A stretch of 34,392 nt of DNA from a virus. Taxonomy: Duplodnaviria > Caudoviricetes. The position numbers and the translations under genes are program-made. The stretch covers positions 1 through 34,392 of IMG/VR virus record IMGVR_UViG_3300017651_000198; one strand, given 5' to 3'. Positions within the stretch are counted from its first letter, which is position 1; each line of letters starts with the position of its first letter. The notes beneath the pieces are model-generated. The model saw only the letters and a program-made list of their open reading frames with translations, was not told where the DNA came from and did not search any database. Positions 15,162 through 23,418 of the stretch are shown here, piece by piece.

Positions 15162-16752
15162 GGTCGGCCGCGAGAAGGAGCTCGAGGACGATCGGTTCTG
15201 GTGGGACGAGGAGGAGGCGCGCCGGTCCGTTCGGTTCTTCGAGGAGCGCCTCGTCCATGTCGAAGCGGAGTGGGCTGGCCAGCCCCTCATCCTCAGGGAG
15301 TGGCAGAAGGCGAGAATCATCCGGCCGCTCTTCGGGTGGAAGCGACGGTCGGACGGGACCAGGCGCTACCGCACTGGTTTCTTCGCCCTCCCTCGCAAGA
15401 ACGGGAAGTCGATCCTCGGCAGCGGGATCGCGCTCAAGCTCCTGGCGGCGGACAGGGAGCCGGGCGCCCAGGTCTATTCGGCGGCAGCCGATAGAGAGCA
15501 GGCGGCGATCGTCTTCGACGCTGCGAAGGGGATGGTCGAAGCCTCGCCCAAGCTGAGCGAGCGGATCGCGGTCTTCAAGCGCTCCCTGGTCGTGAAGTCG
15601 ACTCGGAGCGTCTACAAGGTGCTGTCGAAGGACGCGAAAACCAAACACGGGCAAAACGCCCACGGGATCATCTTCGACGAGCTCCACACCCAGACCAGCC
15701 GGGAGCTTTGGGACACGCTGCGTACTGGGCGGATCGCCAGGCGGCAGCCGCTGTTCATCGCGATCACGACGGCGGGCTACGACCGGCACTCGCTCTGCTA
15801 CCAGGAATGGGAGTACGCGCGGAAGGTCCGCGACGGGATCATCGACGACCCCTTCTACCTCCCGGTGATCTACGAGGCGCCGGAGGAGGCCGACTGGAAG
15901 GACCCGGAGGTTTGGAAGGCCGCCAACCCGAACTACGGGATCTCGGTCAAGGAGGATTACCTCCTCGAGGAGTGCCGGAGGGCGCAGGAGCAGCCAGCCG
16001 AAGAGAACGCGTTCCGGCAGCTCCACCTCAACCAGTGGACGGAGCAGGCCGTGCGCTGGATGCCGATGGCGAAGTGGGACGCCTGCGCGGGCGAGCCCAT
16101 CGACGAGGAGCAGCTCCGCGGCCGGGTCTGCTACACCGCCGTCGATCTTTCGGAGACCCTCGACGTCACGGCGATGGCGCACGTCTTCCCTGAGGGCGAG
16201 GGCGACGAACGCAGCTACATCATCCTCCCGCGCTTCTTCATCCCCGAGGAGCAGATGCGGCAACGGGTGAAGCGTGACCGGGTGCCCTACGACGTCTGGG
16301 TGAAGCAGGGTTGGATCCGCGCCACGAAGGGCGACGTGATCGACTTCGGCACCGTCCGGAAGGTCTTCGACGAGGACGCGCAGAAGTTCGCCATCGCCGA
16401 GGTCGGATACGACCGGTGGGGAGCGACGCAGTTCACGCAGGAGATCCAGGAGGCCGGGAAGACCATCGTCCCGATCGGCCAGGGCTTCGGGTCCATGTCG
16501 GTGCCCACCAAGGCTCTGATGACCCTGGTCCTCCAGGGCAGGATCCGCCACGGCGGAAATCCCGTCCTCCGATGGATGGCCAGCAACGTGGCTGTCGCGA
16601 AGGACGCGGCCGGCAACCTCAAGCCGGCGAAAGACAAGAGCACCGAGAAGATCGACGGCATCGTCGCCACGATCATGGGCTTGGACCGCGCGATGCGGAA
16701 CGAGGGCCCTAAGGAATCGGTCTACAAGACGCGCGGGATCCGCACACTCTAG
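15118..16752 (+). CDS. terL: Terminase large subunit
   Basis: LREWQ, PRKNGKS (Walker A), IIFDELH (Walker B), ITTAG, ANPN, YDRWGA, KIDGIVA. Confidence 0.96.
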   Translation: MAPRKTKRKTTSSIEVGREKELEDDRFWWDEEEARRSVRFFEERLVHVEAEWAGQPLILREWQKARIIRPLFGWKRRSDGTRRYRTGFFALPRKNGKSILGSGIALKLLAADREPGAQVYSAAADREQAAIVFDAAKGMVEASPKLSERIAVFKRSLVVKSTRSVYKVLSKDAKTKHGQNAHGIIFDELHTQTSRELWDTLRTGRIARRQPLFIAITTAGYDRHSLCYQEWEYARKVRDGIIDDPFYLPVIYEAPEEADWKDPEVWKAANPNYGISVKEDYLLEECRRAQEQPAEENAFRQLHLNQWTEQAVRWMPMAKWDACAGEPIDEEQLRGRVCYTAVDLSETLDVTAMAHVFPEGEGDERSYIILPRFFIPEEQMRQRVKRDRVPYDVWVKQGWIRATKGDVIDFGTVRKVFDEDAQKFAIAEVGYDRWGATQFTQEIQEAGKTIVPIGQGFGSMSVPTKALMTLVLQGRIRHGGNPVLRWMASNVAVAKDAAGNLKPAKDKSTEKIDGIVATIMGLDRAMRNEGPKESVYKTRGIRTL

Positions 16753-16759
16753 GTGACGC

Positions 16760-17989
16760 ATGGGGTTCTGGTCGAAGCTGTTCCGCCGCTCGGCGGCGCG
16801 CGGTGGGACGGTGTCGCTTGCCGATCCCGGGTGGTTGACCGAGGCGCGGCAGACGCTGTCCGGCGTCTCGGTCACGCCCGACTCGGCCATGCGGGCAATC
16901 GCGGTCTACGCTTGCGTCCGCCTCCTGGCAGAGACGATCGCCACTCTGCCGCTGCACCTGCTGCGGAAGACCGCAGGCGGCGACAAGGAGCACGCGAAGG
17001 ACCACCCGCTCTACTCGCTCCTGCACGACGGGCCGAACGCGCTGATGACGGCGGCGCAGGCGTTCGACTCCATGATGGCGGCGCTGGTTCTGCGCGGGAA
17101 CGCCTACGCGATCATCGTCCGCGGGTTCGCCGGCGAGGTCCTGGAGATCATCCCGCTTCACCCGGACCGGGTTCGCGTGGAGGCGTCGAAGAGCGGGCGC
17201 GAGCTCGTGTACATCGTCGACGGTAGGACCCGCTACCTGTCAGGCGCCATCTGGCACGTCCGCGGCTTCAGTCTCGACGGCGTGATGGGGGTCTCGCCGA
17301 TCACCTACGCCCGCGAGGCGATCGGCCTGGCGCTGGTGGCGGAGCGCCACGGTGCCGCGGTGTTCGGGAACGCGGCGCGGCCGGGCGGCGTGTTGAGGTA
17401 CCCGGGCAAGCTCGACGACGAGGCATACGATCGTCTCAAGCAGAGCTGGCACGACGCGCACTCCGGCGACAAGACCGGGAGCACGGCCGTCCTCGAGGAG
17501 GGCGCCGAGTGGCAGGCGCTCACCATGTCCCTCGAGGACGCGCAGTACATCGACACCCGGAAGTTCCAGCGGAACGAGATCGCGTCACTCTTCCGGGTGC
17601 CGCCCCACATGATCGGTGACCTCGAGCGAGCCACCTTCTCGAACATCGAGCAGCAGTCGATCGAGTTCGTGACCTACTCGATCAGGCCCTGGCTTGTTCG
17701 CATCGAGCAGTCGATCACGCGGGATCTGCTCCTCCCGAGCGAGCGCCAGATCTACATCCCCCGGTTCAACGCCGAGGGCCTCCTCCGCGGCGACTTCAAG
17801 AGCCGGATGGAGGGGTTCGCGATCGCGAAGGTGAACGGGATCTTCAACAGCGACGAGATCCGTGACCTCGAGGACCGGGGGCCGATCCCCAACGGCGCGG
17901 GCCAGGTCTACCTGCAGCCGCTGAACATGACCGCCGTCGGCTCCGCGCCGGCGAGCGATGGAGGATCCAATGCCAGCTCCGCAGCGTGA
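16760..17989 (+). CDS. Portal protein, HK97 family
   Basis: AVYACVRLLAETIATLP, L.GNAY, G.SPI, IASLFRVPPHMIG, FSNIEQQ. Confidence 0.96.
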   Translation: MGFWSKLFRRSAARGGTVSLADPGWLTEARQTLSGVSVTPDSAMRAIAVYACVRLLAETIATLPLHLLRKTAGGDKEHAKDHPLYSLLHDGPNALMTAAQAFDSMMAALVLRGNAYAIIVRGFAGEVLEIIPLHPDRVRVEASKSGRELVYIVDGRTRYLSGAIWHVRGFSLDGVMGVSPITYAREAIGLALVAERHGAAVFGNAARPGGVLRYPGKLDDEAYDRLKQSWHDAHSGDKTGSTAVLEEGAEWQALTMSLEDAQYIDTRKFQRNEIASLFRVPPHMIGDLERATFSNIEQQSIEFVTYSIRPWLVRIEQSITRDLLLPSERQIYIPRFNAEGLLRGDFKSRMEGFAIAKVNGIFNSDEIRDLEDRGPIPNGAGQVYLQPLNMTAVGSAPASDGGSNASSAA

Positions 17990-18578
17990 ACGCCGTATGG
18001 CGACGGCGCCGCTTCACGTGGAGGCTCGCGACGGGAGTGATGCCGGCGGCGAGAAGCCGAAGCAGCTCGTCGGCTACGCCGCCGTCTTCAACTCCGAGGC
18101 GGTGATCTACGACTTCTTTCGGGAGCGGATCTCCCCGGGCGCTTTCGCGGGCGCCATCGAGTCCGACGTCCGGGCGCTCTGGAACCACGACACGAACCAC
18201 GTCCTGGGGCGAACCACGGCGGGGACGCTGCGCCTCGCCGAGGACGAGAAGGGGCTCCGGGTCGAAATCGAGCCACCCGACACCCAGCTCGGCCGCGACC
18301 TCATGGTGAGCGTCGAGCGGGGCGACGTCTCGCAGATGAGCTTCTCCTTCCGCGCGATCCGCGAGGAGTGGGAGGAGCGCGAGGGCGAGCTGCCCCTTCG
18401 AACTATCCTCGAGGCCGAGCTCTTCGAGGTCTCGCCGGTGACGTTCCCGGCCTACGAGGACACCGAGATCAGCGCCCGTAGCGTGGCCCAGGCTGCGCTG
18501 GGGGAGCGCCGACAGACCGCCGCGCGAGCGGCTCACCAGCGGATGCGGGCGCGGCTGCGCATCGCCGCCGCCGAATAA
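17970..18578 (+). CDS. Prohead protease, HK97 family
   Basis: GYAAVFN, ALWNHD..VLGRT, GDVSQMSFSF, EVSPVTFPAY. Confidence 0.95.
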   Translation: MPAPQRERRMATAPLHVEARDGSDAGGEKPKQLVGYAAVFNSEAVIYDFFRERISPGAFAGAIESDVRALWNHDTNHVLGRTTAGTLRLAEDEKGLRVEIEPPDTQLGRDLMVSVERGDVSQMSFSFRAIREEWEEREGELPLRTILEAELFEVSPVTFPAYEDTEISARSVAQAALGERRQTAARAAHQRMRARLRIAAAE

Positions 18579-18589
18579 GGAGGGCAGCA

Positions 18590-19843
18590 ATGCTCAGGCA
18601 GAAGATCGCAGAGGCAAGGAAGCAGCGGGCGAAGCTCATCCACGACGCGCGGGCCATCCTCGAGAAGGCCGAGAAGGAGAAGCGCGAGCTCTCCCCCGAG
18701 GAGCAGGAGCAGTGGGACACCATGATGGCCGAGGTGGAGTCCCTAAAGGCTCGCGTCGACAAGCTCGAGCAGCTCGTCGAGGCGGAGGCCGGAGGCGGCG
18801 AGGGTGAAGGCCAGGGCGACGACGACGAGGAAACGAACTCCCGCCGCGGGCGCATCGTCCCCCCGGGACAGCAGGCCGGCGGCGGTGAGCCGCGCGATGG
18901 CCGCGCGTCGAAGGAGTACCGCGAGGCCTTCTATCGGGCCCTGCGGGGCGAGGCCTCCGGCGAGGAGATCCGGATGCTCAACTCGGAGGCGCGCGCCCTC
19001 AGCGTCGGGACGAAGGCCGCCGGAGGCTACGTCGTCCCCGACGAGTTCGAGCGGACCCTCGTCAAGAAGCTCGACGACGAGAACGTGATGCGCCGGCTCT
19101 GCACGGTGCTCCCGACCGTGTCGGGCGAGCGAGACATCCCGGTCGAGGCGTCGATCGGATCCGCGGCGTGGCTGGATGAGGCCGGCGCCTACACCGAGTC
19201 CGACGTCACCTTCGGCCAGGTGGTCCTCTCGGCGTTCAAGCTCGGGCGGATCATCAAGGTCTCCGAGGAGCTGCTCAACGACAGCTTCTTCGACCTGGAG
19301 CCGTACCTGACCGACGTCTTCGCGCGCGTCTTCGGTTCGACCGAAGAGACCGCGATGGTGGTCGGTGACGGCACCAAGAAGCCGACGGGCGTCGTCGCCG
19401 ACTCGGCGAAGGGGGCCGACGCGGCGAAGGGAGCGATCACCTCCGACAACCTGATCGATCTCTTCCACGGGCTGCGCCGCCCCTACCGCGCGAAGGGCAC
19501 CTTCCTGATGGCGGATGGCACGGCGAAGCTGGTGCGCAAGCTGAAGGACAGCGACGGCCAGTACCTCTGGCAGCCTGGTCTCCAGCTCGGCCAGCCCGAC
19601 GTTCTGCTCGGCCGTCCGGTGGAGATCTCCGACAACGTGCCGGCGGTCGGCACCTCGACGAAGAGCGTCCTCTTCGGCGACTTCAGCTACTACTGGATCG
19701 CGCAGCGGACCGGCGTCGCGATGCAGAGGCTGAACGAGCTCTACGCCGCCAACGGCCAGGTCGGCTTCAAGGGCTTCCTCCGGGTCGACGGCAAGCTGAC
19801 CCTGTCCGAGGCGGTGGTCCACCTCCTCCACGCCGCGGTCTGA
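18590..19843 (+). CDS. Major capsid protein, HK97 fold with N-terminal delta (scaffold) domain
   Basis: Coiled-coil N-terminus, GGYVVPDEF, KVSEELLNDS, LKDSDGQYLWQP, FGDFSYY, RVDGK. Confidence 0.96.
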   Translation: MLRQKIAEARKQRAKLIHDARAILEKAEKEKRELSPEEQEQWDTMMAEVESLKARVDKLEQLVEAEAGGGEGEGQGDDDEETNSRRGRIVPPGQQAGGGEPRDGRASKEYREAFYRALRGEASGEEIRMLNSEARALSVGTKAAGGYVVPDEFERTLVKKLDDENVMRRLCTVLPTVSGERDIPVEASIGSAAWLDEAGAYTESDVTFGQVVLSAFKLGRIIKVSEELLNDSFFDLEPYLTDVFARVFGSTEETAMVVGDGTKKPTGVVADSAKGADAAKGAITSDNLIDLFHGLRRPYRAKGTFLMADGTAKLVRKLKDSDGQYLWQPGLQLGQPDVLLGRPVEISDNVPAVGTSTKSVLFGDFSYYWIAQRTGVAMQRLNELYAANGQVGFKGFLRVDGKLTLSEAVVHLLHAAV

Positions 19844-19850
19844 TCCAACC

Positions 19851-20249
19851 ATGCGCGTCCGAATGACGACGTGCGTGGCCATGCCCGAGGCGGTGTTCAA
19901 CTCCGGCCAGGTCGTCGACCTGCCGGCGGACACCGCCTCGGACTGGATCACGCGAGGCATGGCGGAAGCGGTGGACGAAGCCCCTCCACCGCCTCCTCCC
20001 CAGGGTCCGGCGGAAACCACCGAGCTGGTGGCATCCTCAACCGAGGTTCCGGCCACCAGCGAGGAGCCGGCGTCTACCGCAGACGAGCCAGTCTCCGGCG
20101 GCGATCCCGCCTCCACCGACACGCCGCCTCCTCCCCAGGAGTCGGCGGAGAAGCCCCATGCCGACGACCAGGCAGCCACCGGAAAGGGAGCCGCTAAGCC
20201 TCGAGGCGGCAAAGCTCCATCTCCGAGTCGACCACGACGCCGAGGATGA
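19851..20249 (+). CDS. Small head-region protein with Pro/acidic low-complexity tail
   Basis: Short globular N-terminus (GQVVDLP...A..WI..G.AE) typical of genes following the capsid gene. Confidence 0.6.
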   Translation: MRVRMTTCVAMPEAVFNSGQVVDLPADTASDWITRGMAEAVDEAPPPPPPQGPAETTELVASSTEVPATSEEPASTADEPVSGGDPASTDTPPPPQESAEKPHADDQAATGKGAAKPRGGKAPSPSRPRRRG

Positions 20250-20715
20250 CCTGATCGAAGGGCTCGTCTCGGCGGCGCGCGAGCACGCCGAGGCGATCAC
20301 CAAGCGGTCGCTGGCATCATCGGAGTGGACGCTGCATCTGGACCGGCCGGCGGCGGTAATCGAGCTGCCCCGGCCGCCGGCCCTCGAGGTCCTCCGCGTC
20401 GAGTACGACGCGCCGGATGGGGCGGTGCAGGAGCTGCCGCCGGAGGCCTACCAGGTCAACCTGGTTCGAACGCCGGCGCGGCTGCGTCTCCTCGAACTGC
20501 CCACCGTGGCAGATCGGGAGGGTGCGGTCCGGGTCGTCTACAAGGCGGGCTACACCGACGCGACGCTACCGAAGTCGGTCGCCCAGGCGATGAAGCTCCT
20601 CATCGGGCACTGGTTCGAACATCGCGAGGACGTGATCACCGGCACGATCGCGACGGAGATCCAGAAGGCGTCGGACGCCCTCCTCGCTCCCCACCGCGTG
20701 AATCTCTACGGGTGA
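20158..20715 (+). CDS. Head-tail connector (gp6-like)
   Basis: EPLSLEAAKLHLRVD...DDLIEGLVSAAREHAE; AMKLLIGHWFEHRE. Confidence 0.92.
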   Translation: MPTTRQPPEREPLSLEAAKLHLRVDHDAEDDLIEGLVSAAREHAEAITKRSLASSEWTLHLDRPAAVIELPRPPALEVLRVEYDAPDGAVQELPPEAYQVNLVRTPARLRLLELPTVADREGAVRVVYKAGYTDATLPKSVAQAMKLLIGHWFEHREDVITGTIATEIQKASDALLAPHRVNLYG

Positions 20716-20718
20716 CCC

Positions 20719-21039
20719 ATGGACATCGGCCGGCTCGACAGGAGGGTCACCCTCCAGCGTCCGGAACGAGCGACGGCCGACGACGGCTCCTGGGTGGAGA
20801 CCTGGTTGGACGTCGCCACCGTCTGGGCGACGGTGACCCTGGTCGGCGCGCGAGAGAGGACGGCGGCGCCGCAGGTGCTGCCCGAGCTCACCGCCCGGAT
20901 CCACATCCGCCACCGCGCGGACGTGCTGCCGAGCTGGCGCGTGCTCTACGAGGGAAAGTCCTGGGCGATCGGCGGCGTCTCGGAGGTCGGACGCCGTGAG
21001 GGCCTCGAGCTCTTCGTAACGGCGGTGGGGGCGAGCTAG
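20719..21039 (+). CDS. Head closure / head-tail adaptor (SPP1 gp16-like)
   Basis: IGRLDRRVTLQ...W..VATVWA...IRHR.DV...WRV. Confidence 0.9.
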   Translation: MDIGRLDRRVTLQRPERATADDGSWVETWLDVATVWATVTLVGARERTAAPQVLPELTARIHIRHRADVLPSWRVLYEGKSWAIGGVSEVGRREGLELFVTAVGAS

Positions 21040-21233
21040 GCCGCCGGGCGGGTGAGGAGATCGACGCCGGCGCCGGCGCCCAGGCCGAGTACCACTCCCT
21101 GGATCCCGAGGCGCCAGAGGTTCCCGTCGCCCCAGCCGATGGCCGCGAAGAAGACGGCCGGCGCGAGGGTGAGCCAGCCGAGCCACCGCAGCAGCACAGC
21201 GATCGGGGTGCGTCCACCGAAGAGCCAGCCCAT
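21036..21233 (-). CDS. Antisense moron: 65-aa two-TM membrane protein
   Basis: Fills the gap between head closure and gp10-like genes; GGAGGTG RBS; hydrophobic with GxxxG; has its own promoter. Confidence 0.65.
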   Translation of the reverse strand: MGWLFGGRTPIAVLLRWLGWLTLAPAVFFAAIGWGDGNLWRLGIQGVVLGLGAGAGVDLLTRPAA

Positions 21234-21250
21234 CGTTCACCTCCACCATC

Positions 21251-21278
21251 AGTTTAGCCACTTGGCATCGAGGGTCAA
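21251..21278 (-). promoter_or_regulatory. Sigma70-like promoter of the moron
   Basis: Minus strand TTGACC-N16-TAAACT, near consensus in a 70% GC background. Confidence 0.6.
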
Positions 21279-21899
21279 ATGAGCGTCCGGGTGGACGTGT
21301 TCGGCCTCGACTCCATGATGAAGCGGCTGCAGGAGCTCGAGCCGAAGGTGGCCAAGAAGGCCCTCCGGGTCTCCCTGCGCGTCATGGGGCGGGTCTACAC
21401 CCGGGAAATCAAGAAGCGCGCGGGAGACCTCAACCTCGAGAAGGGCGCGCGCAAGATCCTGATGCGGTCGGTCTTTGCGCAGGTCGTCAACCGTCGGGGG
21501 AAGCTCCGCCTCCATGTGCGGATCCGCAAGCCGGACCGGCGCTCCGACGTGCCGGGCGACAGGGCCGGCCAGGAGGCCGCGCGCCAGGATGCGTACTACT
21601 GGCGGTGGCTGGAGTACGGCACTGTCAAGAGGTTCCGAGCGGTCCGCTCCCACTTCGAGCTCGGCAAGGTGCAGGTGAGCCGCGGCGAGGTGTGGGACAA
21701 GCGCGGACAGAAGATGCGGCGCGCGACGACCTACCGGGCGACGACGACGCGCAAGGTCGCCGACTCGAAGGCCTACACCGGCTTCATCGCCCCACAGCCC
21801 TTCGTGCGGCCGGCGGCGAAGGTCGCGCGCGAGCGGGCTCTACGGGCATTCGAAGCCGAGCTCTGGCACCACCTGAAGGAGGCGTGGGAACGTGGTTGA
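21279..21899 (+). CDS. HK97 gp10-like tail completion protein
   Basis: V.V.GL..M.KRL.EL; AYYWRWLEYGT...PQPFVRPA. Confidence 0.85.
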   Translation: MSVRVDVFGLDSMMKRLQELEPKVAKKALRVSLRVMGRVYTREIKKRAGDLNLEKGARKILMRSVFAQVVNRRGKLRLHVRIRKPDRRSDVPGDRAGQEAARQDAYYWRWLEYGTVKRFRAVRSHFELGKVQVSRGEVWDKRGQKMRRATTYRATTTRKVADSKAYTGFIAPQPFVRPAAKVARERALRAFEAELWHHLKEAWERG

Positions 21900-22305
21900 A
21901 GTCGCCCTCCGCGCGATCCTCCTCGCCGACCCTGCGGTCTCGGCGATGGTCGGGGACCGGATCGCACCGTCGATGATCCCCGAGGACGCCTCGCTCCCGG
22001 CGTTGACGTACGTCGTCGTCGACGAAGACCCTGACGAGCACCAGGAAGGTCTCTCGGGGATCGAGACCGTCTCCATCCAGTTCAGCGCCTGGGCCGTCGG
22101 CACGCCCGCCGGGAGCGGCTACGCGACGTCCCGGAAGCTCGCCCGCGCCGTGCGCCGGGCCCTGCACAGCAAGCGCCAGGTCGTGGGCGACGTCTCGCTC
22201 GAGGCGATCACCGGCGGCCGCATCCGGACCGAGCGGCCAGAGGTCGACACCGACGTCTGGCACTCGTTCGTCGAATTCGAAGTCATTGCCCGGGTTGGGC
22301 AGTAA
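21892..22305 (+). CDS. Tail terminator (DUF3168-like)
   Basis: E.ALRAILLADPAV.A.VGDRI.P...PE...LPALTY; gene position. Confidence 0.8.
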   Translation: MVEVALRAILLADPAVSAMVGDRIAPSMIPEDASLPALTYVVVDEDPDEHQEGLSGIETVSIQFSAWAVGTPAGSGYATSRKLARAVRRALHSKRQVVGDVSLEAITGGRIRTERPEVDTDVWHSFVEFEVIARVGQ

Positions 22306-22316
22306 GGAGAAGCACC

Positions 22317-22742
22317 ATGGCCGAAGTGGCATCGACCGCCGTTCCTTCGAAGGGGACGGTCATCAAGCTCAAGGACGGCGCGAGCTACGTGCGCCTGGGT
22401 GACCTCACCGACGTCGAGATCCCGGGGTTCGACACCGAGATCATCGACGCCACACACCAGGAGTCGCCCGGCATGATGCGGGAGAAGCTCGGCGGGTTCA
22501 TGGACCCCGGCGAGATCTCGGCGACCGTGCGTTTCAAGCCCGCCAGCCCGGAGCTGGAGACGATCTACGACAACGCCACGAAGCTCTGCGACTGGCAGAT
22601 CGAGTTCGCCGGCGGAGAGAAGTGCACCTTCAAGGGCATCCTCAAGTCGTGGAAGCCGGCGGCCGCGGCCGTCAATGGCCTGCTCGAGGGCGCGCTCGGG
22701 ATCGCCGTCTCTGGGCCGCTGACGTGGACCGCGGCGCCGTGA
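22317..22742 (+). CDS. Major tail tube protein
   Basis: IDATH.ES...REKLGG..DPGEIS; F.G; SG; no sheath gene present. Confidence 0.85.
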   Translation: MAEVASTAVPSKGTVIKLKDGASYVRLGDLTDVEIPGFDTEIIDATHQESPGMMREKLGGFMDPGEISATVRFKPASPELETIYDNATKLCDWQIEFAGGEKCTFKGILKSWKPAAAAVNGLLEGALGIAVSGPLTWTAAP

Positions 22743-23128
22743 TCGACGACTCGCGCGAAGCTCGGTTCCTCGGCGCGACGTACCGGCTCGAGTTCGACCT
22801 GGCAGCGTTCCACGCGCTCGAGCAGGAGACCGGGATCTCGATCCTCGGCGAGGGGATCACGGACCGGCACCTGAACAGCGTGGGGCCGTTCTTGGCAATC
22901 CTCCATGCAGGCCTCAGGGCCCACCACCCCGACGTCACCCGCGGTCAGCTCGAGCGGATGAAGCCTCGGGAGGTGCGAGCGCTCAGGCCCGTGCTCATCG
23001 ACGCCTTGCGCGTCGTCTCCGAGCCGGCGAGCGAGGCACCGCCGGAGGAGGAAGGCGAGGGCCCTCCGGAGGCCCAGCGCTCACCTGGCGTGAGCTCTGG
23101 GCCATCGGTCGCGTCGAACTCGGACTGA
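22739..23128 (+). CDS. Tail assembly chaperone (gpG-like)
   Basis: Between tail tube and tape measure; YRLEFDLAAFHALEQETG. Confidence 0.75.
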   Translation: MIDDSREARFLGATYRLEFDLAAFHALEQETGISILGEGITDRHLNSVGPFLAILHAGLRAHHPDVTRGQLERMKPREVRALRPVLIDALRVVSEPASEAPPEEEGEGPPEAQRSPGVSSGPSVASNSD

Positions 23129-23418
23129 CCGACGTCGAGTTCTGGCGCCTCACGCCGGCGAGCCTTGCTGCCCTGCGGCGGCAGGCGCGCCGGCTGCGCG
23201 AGGACCGGGACACGAAGATGGCGGTGATGGTGGCTCGGGCCGTCTCCACTTGGATCCCGCCCCAGGCAGACCCACCGCCCCCGACCTACTTCGCGCCCTG
23301 GCTGACGAGCCAGGGGAAGCCGAGGCCCCAGGCGACCAACGACGAGCTGCTCGCGAAGTTCAAGCAGCTGACCGCACGACAGGCCCACGCAACTCGAGAC
23401 CGCAATGGCCCAGGGTAA
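23059..23418 (+). CDS. gpT-like extension of the tail chaperone reached by -1 frameshift
   Basis: The -1 frame reads GPSGGPALTWRELWAIGRVELGLTDVEFWRLTP... to the stop at 23418; X-XXY-YYZ heptamer G-GGC-CCT at 23059-23065. Confidence 0.7.
   Translation, partial: GPSGGPALTWRELWAIGRVELGLTDVEFWRLTPASLAALRRQARRLREDRDTKMAVMVARAVSTWIPPQADPPPPTYFAPWLTSQGKPRPQATNDELLAKFKQLTARQAHATRDRNGPG

Noticed and set aside
15091-20212. Long minus-strand ORFs (15091-16890, 18743-20212; likewise 10348-11802 and 28015-29409)
   Set aside because: Antisense mirrors of well-supported genes, expected in high-GC DNA where stop codons are rare; no motifs.
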